Both the position numbers and the translations under genes were made by a program. Source: Candidatus Tremblayella phenacoccinincola (GTDB taxonomy: Bacteria > Pseudomonadota > Gammaproteobacteria > Burkholderiales > Burkholderiaceae). From it: a stretch of DNA of 17,527 nt. Below are positions 1-8,126 of the stretch, piece by piece. The stretch is taken from NCBI RefSeq assembly GCF_002682985.1, contig NZ_MKGN01000014.1, positions 1 through 17,527 of the forward strand, written 5' to 3'. Under the pieces are notes generated by a model. That model ran no database searches and was not told the DNA's origin. It was given only the letters and a program-made list of their open reading frames with translations. Numbering within the stretch: the first letter of the stretch is position 1; the number at the start of each line of letters is the position of its first letter.

Positions 1-21
1 ATATGATGTAGAGGAGCTAGC

Positions 22-48
22 TGTTAGGAGTGTTAGGTGCGTTAGATC
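22..48. repeat. Three degenerate tandem 9-nt units
   Basis: The units are tgttaggag / tgttaggtg / cgttagatc, read directly from the sequence in the non-coding 5' spacer. Confidence 0.6.
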
Positions 49-317
49 CACTATGGGGAGGTGGTTATGGTTGTCTAGTAGAAGCTGTTCCCCTTTATGG
101 ATATCTTATGTCTAACTACTTCTAACTTGGTTCTACTAATGCATTAATATATGTAGCTTAGGTTAGTCATAAGCAGATACCCCAGTCAAGACCAACACAT
201 CATAACACAGAGGCAAAAGAGACTTCAGGATACTTCAGATGTTCTTATTGGTTAGGTTCGGACAACCATCAGGCTCTTTCCCCCCCTCTTTCTGTTAGCA
301 CATATTATTAGGACTTC

Positions 318-1604
318 TTGATATGCTTCCTTGCTGCTGTTACTGCCCATATAAACCCGATGAAGAGCTATATATCAACCCAACCTATCCTATGGCAACC
401 CATAGAAGAAAAGCTATTAAAGCTAATAACTAACTATTCCTATAAAGAAGTCAGACTACCTATAATAGAACACACCTCCTTATTCAAAAAGGCAATAGGA
501 AGAACAACAGATATAATAAGAAAAGAACTGTTCAACTATGCTGATAAAAAAGGAAAAGGCTTTACATTAAGACCGGAAGGCACTACTGGTTGTGTGAGAG
601 CTGGCATAGAGCTCGGTTTGATACATAATCAAGAGCAACGCAGCTGGTATATTGGTTCAATGTTTCGTCATGATAGACCACAAAAAGGCCGTTATAGGCA
701 GTTTAACCAATTAGGCATAGAATGCTTCGGTCTCAAAGAACCAGAGCTAGATGCTGAGTTAATAATACTAACAAAGAACATATGGACTACGCTTGGCATA
801 ACTAACTACTTATCTTTAGAGCTTAATTCAATAGGTTCAATAGAAGAAAGAGAGACCTATAATAAAACACTAGCTATCTTCTTTAGTAATACCATAAAAG
901 CCTTAGATAAAGCCTCATCTAGTAAGCTAGTAAAAGATCCATTTAGGCTTTTAGATAGCAAAGAATATGTTATTAAAAAGATAGTAAAGACTGCACCAAC
1001 TATATATAGTTATTTATCTGACTCATCAAAAAGGCTATTTAATAGCTTATGTTTACTTTTAGATATTAATGGAGTTAAGTATAAGCTAAATAACTTCTTA
1101 GTAAGAGGGTTGGACTATTATAACAATACAGTATTCGAATGGGTAGAAGCCAACAATATTAAGTCACAAGCTACTATATGTGGTGGTGGAAGATATGATA
1201 ACTTAGTAGAAAAGCTAGGTGGTTTCTCAACTCCTGCTATAGGCTGTGCTTTGGGTTTAGAAAGATTAGCAATACTAATAGATAATAACCTAAAACAAGA
1301 TAATAAGCTAGACACATATATAATACCAACCTATATAGAAGCTAATGTAAAAGCAATGGTAGTATCTGAAACCATAAGAACTAATCTAACAAAGCTTAGG
1401 TCTTTAACAAGTTATGAAGAAGGTAGTTTCAAAAGAAAGCTAATAAACCCATATAACCATAACTCAAAGCTAGTAATAATAATAGAGACCGGTAAATATA
1501 TAGAAGAGGTAATAGTAATAAAAGCATTAATAAATGGGAACCAATATATAATACCAAAAGATACCATAGTTAATGAAGTTAATAAAGCCATTCACCTAAA
1601 CTAA
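318..1604 (+). CDS. hisS: Histidine--tRNA ligase (class II)
   Basis: 428-aa ORF collinear with E. coli HisRS. Shared blocks include LRPEGTTGCVRA, WYIGSMFRHDRPQKGRYRQFNQLG, VRGLDYYNNTVFEW and GGGRYDNLVEKLGG. The ORF opens at TTG 318, with AGGA at 310-313 four nt upstream. The first ATG is at 360 (MKSYISTQPILWQ). The start is unresolved; weak similarity upstream of 360 favours the longer form. Confidence 0.95.
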   Translation: MICFLAAVTAHINPMKSYISTQPILWQPIEEKLLKLITNYSYKEVRLPIIEHTSLFKKAIGRTTDIIRKELFNYADKKGKGFTLRPEGTTGCVRAGIELGLIHNQEQRSWYIGSMFRHDRPQKGRYRQFNQLGIECFGLKEPELDAELIILTKNIWTTLGITNYLSLELNSIGSIEERETYNKTLAIFFSNTIKALDKASSSKLVKDPFRLLDSKEYVIKKIVKTAPTIYSYLSDSSKRLFNSLCLLLDINGVKYKLNNFLVRGLDYYNNTVFEWVEANNIKSQATICGGGRYDNLVEKLGGFSTPAIGCALGLERLAILIDNNLKQDNKLDTYIIPTYIEANVKAMVVSETIRTNLTKLRSLTSYEEGSFKRKLINPYNHNSKLVIIIETGKYIEEVIVIKALINGNQYIIPKDTIVNEVNKAIHLN

Positions 1605-1605
1605 T

Positions 1606-2553
1606 CTATACTGTTCTGCTCTGCTCTCGTAATATGGTTAATATGGTTATTATATCATAAGTCAAAGGAGAGTCTAGCTTCATCTTAACAAACGTTACTG
1701 GATGCATAAGCTCTAGTTTAATAGCATGTAACACTTGATGGTTAGGCTCTTTTAGGTTATTATATAGATAAGAACTATATAGGCTTTTCCCATACGTTTT
1801 ATCTCCAACAAAAGGATGTTTAACATAAGCCATATGTATTCTAAGCTGATGTGTACGTCCTGTTTCCAAAACAAACCGAAGCCTAGTATGAAAAGGAACC
1901 CTTTCTTTAACAAAATAGTTAGATATAGAAAGCTTCCCTCTAAGATCAGTTTTCATACATATCCTTTTAACAGGGCTTCTCAATATTGGTTTTACTATGC
2001 TGCCGGAAAACCATAGACTACCAAAAGATACTCCTTCATATTCCCGTATTAGCTGTTTTAAACGAAACAACTCAACTAGCTTAGTATATATAGTAATGTC
2101 TTTAGCAATGATTAACAAGCCAGTAGTTTCTTTATCTAAGCGATGAACAATACCAGCTCTAGGGATATATATAGTTGGTGGATAATAATATAGTAGTCCA
2201 TTAAGTATAGTATATTCGTTGTTACCAAACCCAGGATGTAATATAATACCACTAGCTTTAGTTAAAACAATAATATAAGCATCCTCATATATTATATCTA
2301 ACACTATTCTTTGTGGGTTTATAGAGAGGCTACCTTTATATAGAATCCTAACATCTATTAGATCTAAACCAAACAGTCTTATATTAGGAGTAAGAACCAA
2401 TTGTTCATTTACTTTTACACTACCAAACCTAATAGCCTTTTTAAAAAGAGATCTAGAATAGGTTGGACATATGTTAGCTAAAAGAATATCTAAACGGCAT
2501 GTCTTATTTAATAGACCAACATAGACATCATTATTAGGTTCAATCATATTCAT
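1606..2553 (-). CDS. rluD: 23S rRNA pseudouridine synthase, RluA family (RluD-like, with N-terminal S4-like domain)
   Basis: 315-aa ORF collinear with E. coli RluD. Shared blocks are YYYPP..PRAGIVHRLDKETTGLLIIAKD (catalytic Asp motif) and LETGRTHQLRIHMA. Its stop lies 1 nt from the hisS stop (convergent). Confidence 0.88.
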   Translation of the reverse strand: MNMIEPNNDVYVGLLNKTCRLDILLANICPTYSRSLFKKAIRFGSVKVNEQLVLTPNIRLFGLDLIDVRILYKGSLSINPQRIVLDIIYEDAYIIVLTKASGIILHPGFGNNEYTILNGLLYYYPPTIYIPRAGIVHRLDKETTGLLIIAKDITIYTKLVELFRLKQLIREYEGVSFGSLWFSGSIVKPILRSPVKRICMKTDLRGKLSISNYFVKERVPFHTRLRFVLETGRTHQLRIHMAYVKHPFVGDKTYGKSLYSSYLYNNLKEPNHQVLHAIKLELMHPVTFVKMKLDSPLTYDIITILTILREQSRTV

Positions 2554-2561
2554 ATTAAGTT

Positions 2562-2633
2562 GGTCCTTTAGCTCAGTGGTAGAGCGTGCGGCTCATAATC
2601 GCTTGGTCACAGGTTCGAGACCTGTATGGACCA
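2562..2633 (+). tRNA. ileX: tRNA-Ile2 (anticodon CAU, lysidine type); less likely tRNA-Met
   Basis: Hand-folded cloverleaf: GGTCCTT/TA/GCTC-AGTGGTA-GAGC/G/TGCGG-CTCATAA-TCGCT/TGGTC/ACAGG-TTCGAGA-CCTGT/ATGGACC/A. The anticodon is CAT. It has C4:G69 and C5:G68, the acceptor pairs reported as TilS determinants. The anticodon arm 3' side and variable loop (CTCATAATCGCTTGGTC) match E. coli ileX. It lacks initiator features (no C1:A72 mismatch, no GGG/CCC anticodon stem). No CCA is encoded. Confidence 0.8.
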
Positions 2634-2662
2634 ATAGCATATACATTAAATTCTAACGTAGC

Positions 2663-3883
2663 CTAGAACAAATGTTTGTGCAACCCGCTTAACGTACTCA
2701 TTAAGTCTCTTTGTTTAACGACTGTTGTTAGCCTAATCTCTGATGTCAACAATGCTTTTACTTTTACTCCTAGCTTTAAAAGAATACTGAGAGCATAGCC
2801 TGAGTTCCGGAGTCCTAACCCAACAACTGAAACCTCTGATATCCTGTTGTCTGTTTGGGTTTTTGAGATCTCACAAAAGCGTCTTAGTCTCAATAGTATT
2901 TTACGTTCAAGCTTTTCCATATGATAACTACTCACTAAGAAGCTGAAGATAAGTCTGTTTAAGTCATTGGAGAAGCAGGATACAATATCTAACTTCGAAT
3001 GTGTCTTGAAAAGAGCCTTTAACATAAGCCAACTAATTCTATTAGACCTAACAGACATAATGATATCTATCTGAGCTACTTTGTCCTGAAAGGTGATACT
3101 GGTTGCTATAGGTTGTTCCATTTGGTTCCTGTTTCGTAAAAGATTGAAATGAACGATAGTGTTAGTTTTCTGGCTTGAAGTGCTTTTCAAGAAGCTAGAT
3201 AATATGGTTAAGCTAACATTGAACTTACCTGACAGAAGCATCGAACGAGTGTGTATCACTTTTGAACCAAAACTTGCAAGCTCAAACAGTTCTTCAAAAG
3301 CAATCAGACCAATCAGTTTACTTTGTTTAGTGATTCTAGGATCAATGGTGTACACTCCTTTAACATCAGTATATATTAAACAACCCCCTTTGAACACACA
3401 AGATAAAGCAAGCGCAGAAGTATCTGAACCTCCCCTACCAAACGTAGTCATCTTATGTAGGCTTAGTCCTTGAAACCCTGTAATTAAGATAGCTTTAATA
3501 TTTGAGAAGCTCTTTCTTATGAGACCCGTGTTAACTAGAAGTATGTGTGAGTTGGTGTGTATGTGATCTGTGTATATTGGGGCTTGCCATCCAGTTAATG
3601 GGACATTGCTAACACCATCTTTCCAAAGGGCAGCAGAAAGAAGACCTACAGATATTTGTTCTCCTGCTGCTATAGTAAAGTCAGCAGACGTAAGATTAGG
3701 AGTTGGGTCTATCTTTTTAAGAACACTGACTAACCTACTAGTATTCCCCTGCATAGCCGATACAATAACTATTACCTTTTCTGTATGTGTAGTTGACTTA
3801 GCTATAAGCTTTGCAACATTCATTATTCTCTCTTCAGAAGCAACTGAAGAACCTCCATACTTTTGAATGATAAGCTTGGTCAT
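2663..3883 (-). CDS. lysC: Aspartate kinase (monofunctional, ~406 aa, Pseudomonas/beta-proteobacterial type with C-terminal ACT domains)
   Basis: Shared blocks are IIQKYGGSSV, VIVIVSAMQG.T..L, TTFGRGGSDTSA, IYTDVKGVYTIDPR, SFGSKV, MEQPI and TSEI. The ORF is open to 3916. ATG 3883 (MTKLIIQKYGG) matches the homolog N-terminus and has AGGA (complement of 3890-3893) 6 nt upstream. Confidence 0.92.
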   Translation of the reverse strand: MTKLIIQKYGGSSVASEERIMNVAKLIAKSTTHTEKVIVIVSAMQGNTSRLVSVLKKIDPTPNLTSADFTIAAGEQISVGLLSAALWKDGVSNVPLTGWQAPIYTDHIHTNSHILLVNTGLIRKSFSNIKAILITGFQGLSLHKMTTFGRGGSDTSALALSCVFKGGCLIYTDVKGVYTIDPRITKQSKLIGLIAFEELFELASFGSKVIHTRSMLLSGKFNVSLTILSSFLKSTSSQKTNTIVHFNLLRNRNQMEQPIATSITFQDKVAQIDIIMSVRSNRISWLMLKALFKTHSKLDIVSCFSNDLNRLIFSFLVSSYHMEKLERKILLRLRRFCEISKTQTDNRISEVSVVGLGLRNSGYALSILLKLGVKVKALLTSEIRLTTVVKQRDLMSTLSGLHKHLF

Positions 3884-3987
3884 TATGGTTCCTGTGTTAT
3901 GGGTTTCTATGTACATGTTAGATAGTTTTTAGCTGCTTGTGGGATAAGTTGGGGGATTTGTCTAGGTTAGGTCTTTTTAATATATAG

Positions 3988-5736
3988 TTAACCTATGTTT
4001 AACATTAGTTCTTTTAATATGTAAGTGCTAATGTTATATATGTTTACTGCTTTAATATCACCAGCATATCGGCTTTTATATTCAACACTATCAAAAAGAC
4101 TATTGTTAGTAACCAATATAATATGGTTTATGCCAATAAGTTCTATATCATTGAACATTACGCCTAAAGAAGATGCTCTATCATCTAATAAGACATCAAT
4201 ATTATAGGAAGCTAGTTTATTATATATATATTCTGCTATCTCTTTTATCTTTTCTATTCTATGCATATTTAAAGCTATAATCGCTACATGAAACGGTGCT
4301 ATTGAGTTAGTCCATATAGTTCCAGCTTTGTTATAGTTTTGTTCTACAATAGACGCTATAGTACGAGAAATACCTATGCCATAACAACCCATTATTAAGC
4401 TTTGTTTATTACCTTCATTAACTTGTAGTCTATTATTTATTATATCAGAGTATTTTGAACCAACTTGAAATATGTGTCCTACTTCAATACTTTTATTCTT
4501 CTTTAAACTGCTTTCCTTTATAAACCATAAAGCACCATTATATCTTATTCTTATATCAGCTTGAATTATATTAGACAATAGTAAGTCTCTTCCCCAGTTA
4601 ACACCATAAAAGAGACGGTATCTAATATTAGAACCAACTATAAAGTCACCCATAACAGCAACGGCTCTATCTATAATTAAGGGCATTGCTAAACTAAATA
4701 AGCCTATATCATATGCACTAGTTGGGGAATCTACGGTTACTAGCTTTAGGTTCTTTAGGTCTTCTATATTAGCATATTTTAGAGGAGTCTGTATGGTAGG
4801 AACTTTACCTAGCTTTATCTTATTTAACTGATGGTCTCCTCTTATAATAAGAACTATATATGGGTTAATTAGTTTATTAGTATGCACTATAAAAGCTTTT
4901 ATAGTTTTATAAACCGAAGTATTAAAATAGACTGCTAACTCAAATACGCTTTTAAACTTAGTAGTAACTACTAGCTTTAGTTCTTTAGTAGGCTTTGGGT
5001 TTATCTTAAATGAAGGTAACGTTTCATCTATAACAACATTAGAAGCATAGTTAGGTTTCGTAGTAAACATTATGTCAGTCTCTCCAGAACTACCCAAAGC
5101 GAGAAACTCATGAGAGCTTCCATTCCCCATAAACCCAGCGGTTACTTTATTGGTCTTATACTTTAACCCTATACGTTTAAATATATTACTATAAGAGCTA
5201 TACATTAAACTATAGGTAGCCTTTAGGTTCTTTTGGTTTATATGAAATGAATAGGCATCCTTCATAAGAAACTCTTTTGACCTAATTACACCAAAGCGAG
5301 GTCTTAGTTCGTCTCTAAAGTGTGTTTGTATTTGATAAAAAGATAAGGGTAGTTGCTTATGTGAAAGTATTTCATTATTAACTAACTCTGTAACTACTTC
5401 TTCATGTGTGGGTCCTAATACATGGTCTTTTTTATTACGATCAGTTATCTTTATTAGTTCTGACTTATAGTCTTTTAACCTACCACTCTTTTCCCAGATA
5501 TTAACTGGCTGTATAGCTGGCATAAGTATTTCTATACAACCAACCTTTAGCATTTCCTTTCTAATAGTATTAGTTAGCATATATATAACACGCAGTCCAA
5601 TAGGTAACCAAGTATATATGCCTGAAGATAGCTTTCTTATCATACCAGCTCGTAACATAAGCTTATTACTAACTATATCTGTTTCAGAAGATCTTTTCCT
5701 AAGAGTACAAAGAATATATTTGCTAGTACGCACCAT
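3988..5736 (-). CDS. proS: Proline--tRNA ligase (bacterial type with INS editing domain)
   Basis: 582-aa ORF collinear with E. coli ProRS over its full length. Shared blocks are MLRAGMIRKLSSGIYTWLP, LGPTHEEVVTELV, LPLSFYQIQTHFRDELRPRFGVIRSKEFLMKDAYSFH, IEVGHIFQVGSKYS and MGCYGIGISR. Confidence 0.97.
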   Translation of the reverse strand: MVRTSKYILCTLRKRSSETDIVSNKLMLRAGMIRKLSSGIYTWLPIGLRVIYMLTNTIRKEMLKVGCIEILMPAIQPVNIWEKSGRLKDYKSELIKITDRNKKDHVLGPTHEEVVTELVNNEILSHKQLPLSFYQIQTHFRDELRPRFGVIRSKEFLMKDAYSFHINQKNLKATYSLMYSSYSNIFKRIGLKYKTNKVTAGFMGNGSSHEFLALGSSGETDIMFTTKPNYASNVVIDETLPSFKINPKPTKELKLVVTTKFKSVFELAVYFNTSVYKTIKAFIVHTNKLINPYIVLIIRGDHQLNKIKLGKVPTIQTPLKYANIEDLKNLKLVTVDSPTSAYDIGLFSLAMPLIIDRAVAVMGDFIVGSNIRYRLFYGVNWGRDLLLSNIIQADIRIRYNGALWFIKESSLKKNKSIEVGHIFQVGSKYSDIINNRLQVNEGNKQSLIMGCYGIGISRTIASIVEQNYNKAGTIWTNSIAPFHVAIIALNMHRIEKIKEIAEYIYNKLASYNIDVLLDDRASSLGVMFNDIELIGINHIILVTNNSLFDSVEYKSRYAGDIKAVNIYNISTYILKELMLNIG

Positions 5737-5839
5737 ATATAGAATCCAGTTTAGTTGCTATATATATAATAGTTGGTATAGCCTTTGGTTCAAAGTTGGT
5801 TCTTCCCCAAATATATATACCAAGCTTTTAACAGCTGGC

Positions 5840-5869
5840 ATATATTAACTCAGTATATATTAACTCTAT
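5840..5869. repeat. Tandem duplication, 2 x 15 nt
   Basis: The units are atatattaactcagt / atatattaactctat (12 identical leading bases), in the proS/rplM divergent spacer about 100 nt upstream of rplM. Confidence 0.75.
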
Positions 5870-5968
5870 AGTCTAAAGTAGGTTCTATATATAACCGAAA
5901 ATAAGATAGCTTTTCAATATACTAACTCTATTTAAAACCCATTATAGTTCTTTAACCCAGCCTTTATA

Positions 5969-6403
5969 ATGCTAATGAAGTCCTTAAGCTTAAAAGATAA
6001 ACAGCTAAAGAAAAGGTGGTATATTATTGATGCTTCAGGAAAGATACTAGGTCGTTTGGCATCAAAGATAGCCTGTATATTACGAGGTAAGGCTAACCCA
6101 ACATATACTCCAAATATAAATACAGGAGACTATATAATAGTTATTAACGCTAAGCATATAAAGATAACAGGCAATAAATATAATAATAAGCTATACTATC
6201 ACCATACCGGGTTTGTTGGTGGTATCAAATGCATATCTTTTAAGGACCTATCTAACAAAAACCCAAGAAAGCTAATAGAAAAGGCAGTAAAAGGAATGCT
6301 ACCAAAAGGACCATTAAGTTCTGTAATACATGCTAATCTAAAAGTATATGAAGATGAGTCCCACTTCCATCAAGCACAAGACCCGAAGCTATTATTAGTT
6401 TAA
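5969..6403 (+). CDS. rplM: 50S ribosomal protein L13
   Basis: 144-aa ORF. Shared blocks are WYIIDASGKILGRLAS, YTPNINTGDYIIVINA, YYHHTGFVGGIK and AVKGMLPKGPL. ATG 5975 is an equally possible start. Confidence 0.95.
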   Translation: MLMKSLSLKDKQLKKRWYIIDASGKILGRLASKIACILRGKANPTYTPNINTGDYIIVINAKHIKITGNKYNNKLYYHHTGFVGGIKCISFKDLSNKNPRKLIEKAVKGMLPKGPLSSVIHANLKVYEDESHFHQAQDPKLLLV

Positions 6404-6435
6404 GCTATGTAAAGGAACCCAGTTAACAAACAACA

Positions 6436-8124
6436 ATGACATATGACATGAGTAACTATATGCCAACCTCTATTAACTATATTCAAAAGCTAATATTAAA
6501 AGATCTTTTAATAAACAAATACAAACTAATAAATACAAGGTTTCCTCCAGAACCAAATGGGTATCTACATATAGGACATGCAAAAGCTATATGGTTAAAC
6601 TTTGGAATAGTAGAGACCTACAAAGGAATATGTAACTTAAGATTTGATGACACAAACCCAACAGAAGAAGCTATAGTATATGTGAAGTCTATAAAAAAGG
6701 ATATTAGATGGCTAGGGTTCAAATGGAATGAAAGAACACTCTATTCTTCAGACTATTTCGATAAGCTATATATGTATGCAATAGGACTTATAATAAAAGG
6801 CTTAGTATATGTTGATAGCTTATCGCAGAAAGATATCAAGCTATATCGAGGTACTCTAAAAAGAGCAGGTATAAACAGTCCATATCGTAATAGAGATATA
6901 AAAGAAAGCTTAATATTATATGCTAATATGAAAGATGGAAAAGCATTCGAAGGTAAAGCATGTTTAAGAGCAAAGCTAACCATGTCTTCACCAACTATTT
7001 CTATGAGAGATCCAATACTATATAGAGTTAAATATATAAAGCATTATCATACAGGTAATAAATGGTGTATTTACCCTATGTACGACTTTACTCATTGCAT
7101 ATCTGACGCTATAGAAAAGATAACACACTCTTTATGTACTTTAGAGTTTCAAGATAATAAACAGCTATATAGTTGGTTATTAGCTAATATTAACATTGAT
7201 ATACAGCCTAAACAATATGAGTATTCCCGCTTAGCTTTAGAACATAATATAACATCAAAAAGAAAGCTAACCATATTAGTTAAGACCCATATAGTTGAAG
7301 ACTGGAATGACCCACGAATACCAACTATCTCAGGTTTAAGAAGAAAAGGATATACTGGTAGTTCTATTAGAGAGTTTTGTAGGTGTGTTAACGTAACTAG
7401 ACAAGCCAGCAATATTGAACTTAACGTATTAGAAGCGTGTATACGCGAAGAACTAGTTGTATATACAATAAGAATAATGGCAGTAGTTAACCCAATTAAG
7501 CTAATAATAATAAACATATCTAAAACCCATATAGAACTAATAAAGATAACATCCCACCCAACTATTCTTGAAATGGGTAACAGAGAGCTAGTATTTAGTA
7601 AAGAGCTATATATAGATAAGGCTGACTTTAGAGAAGTCCCACATAAACAATATAAAAGACTATCTTTAGGAAAAGAAGTTAGACTAAGAAACGCATACGT
7701 AATAAAAGCAGATACCATAGTAAAAGATATAAAAAAAGGACTAGCTAATATATATTGTACTTATGTTCCATATACGTTCAATAAAGCCCCAATAGACAAT
7801 AGTCCTATATATGGTGTAATTCATTGGGTATCTTCAAAAGGTTGCATAAAAGCAGAGTTCAGAATATATGATAAGCTATTTAATATAAAAGACCCAACTG
7901 CCTCAATAAGCTTTCTTAATTACATATCTACAAAGTCTTTAGTAATATACATAGGTTTAGTAGAGGCTTATCTATTAAAGATATCTATAGGAGATAGGGT
8001 TCAAGTTGAAAGAGAAGGTTTCTTTTGTGTCAAAGCTGTTTGCTTTTCTAATATAACTATAATATTAAATAGAATAACCACATTAAACCATAGTCTAAGA
8101 CTACCCCATATAAGAACCAAATGA
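6436..8124 (+). CDS. glnS: Glutamine--tRNA ligase
   Basis: 562-aa ORF collinear with E. coli GlnRS. Shared blocks are TRFPPEPNGYLHIGHAKA (HIGH), CNLRFDDTNP, GNKWCIYPMYDFTHCISDA, THSLCTLEFQDN, SKRKL (KMSKS equivalent), PTISGLRRKGYT, GKEVRLRNAYVIKA and GVIHWVS. ATGs at codons 5 and 9 are alternative starts. Confidence 0.97.
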   Translation: MTYDMSNYMPTSINYIQKLILKDLLINKYKLINTRFPPEPNGYLHIGHAKAIWLNFGIVETYKGICNLRFDDTNPTEEAIVYVKSIKKDIRWLGFKWNERTLYSSDYFDKLYMYAIGLIIKGLVYVDSLSQKDIKLYRGTLKRAGINSPYRNRDIKESLILYANMKDGKAFEGKACLRAKLTMSSPTISMRDPILYRVKYIKHYHTGNKWCIYPMYDFTHCISDAIEKITHSLCTLEFQDNKQLYSWLLANINIDIQPKQYEYSRLALEHNITSKRKLTILVKTHIVEDWNDPRIPTISGLRRKGYTGSSIREFCRCVNVTRQASNIELNVLEACIREELVVYTIRIMAVVNPIKLIIINISKTHIELIKITSHPTILEMGNRELVFSKELYIDKADFREVPHKQYKRLSLGKEVRLRNAYVIKADTIVKDIKKGLANIYCTYVPYTFNKAPIDNSPIYGVIHWVSSKGCIKAEFRIYDKLFNIKDPTASISFLNYISTKSLVIYIGLVEAYLLKISIGDRVQVEREGFFCVKAVCFSNITIILNRITTLNHSLRLPHIRTK

Positions 8125-8126
8125 CC

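Noticed and set aside
160-260. Recurring TTAGG / AGGTTAG strings (24-37, 167-176, 250-258, 3963-3972) resembling the insect telomere unit or a dispersed repeat.
   Set aside because: They are never in tandem TTAGG arrays. The reverse complement (aacctaa) is a common Asn-Leu coding string in this genome, so chance recurrence is likely. The matches are only 8-10 nt.
5618-5848. ORF 5618-5848 (+, 76 aa), spanning the proS start and the proS/rplM spacer.
   Set aside because: Half of it is antisense to the conserved proS N-terminus, and the rest is AT-rich spacer. It has no motif and no SD.
7149-7718. Long antisense ORFs opposite real genes. The largest are 7149-7718 (189 aa, opposite glnS), 15005-15538 (177 aa, opposite pyk) and 16045-16566 (173 aa, opposite cysG-N). 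Others are at 16541-16870, 17114-17395, 3159-3473, 3570-3866, 14084-14452, 6753-6983, 1118-1315, 1816-2016, 4025-4207, 11942-12145, 12723-12965 and 15545-15745.
   Set aside because: The sense partners have unambiguous full-length homology. The three longest all lie in the same relative frame (antisense codon = previous sense position 3 plus sense positions 1-2). In that frame a stop requires a T/C-ending sense codon followed by TAx or CAx, and these are rare because sense codons mostly end in A. The predicted peptides are low-complexity and hydrophobic with no recognisable motifs. They are shadow ORFs.
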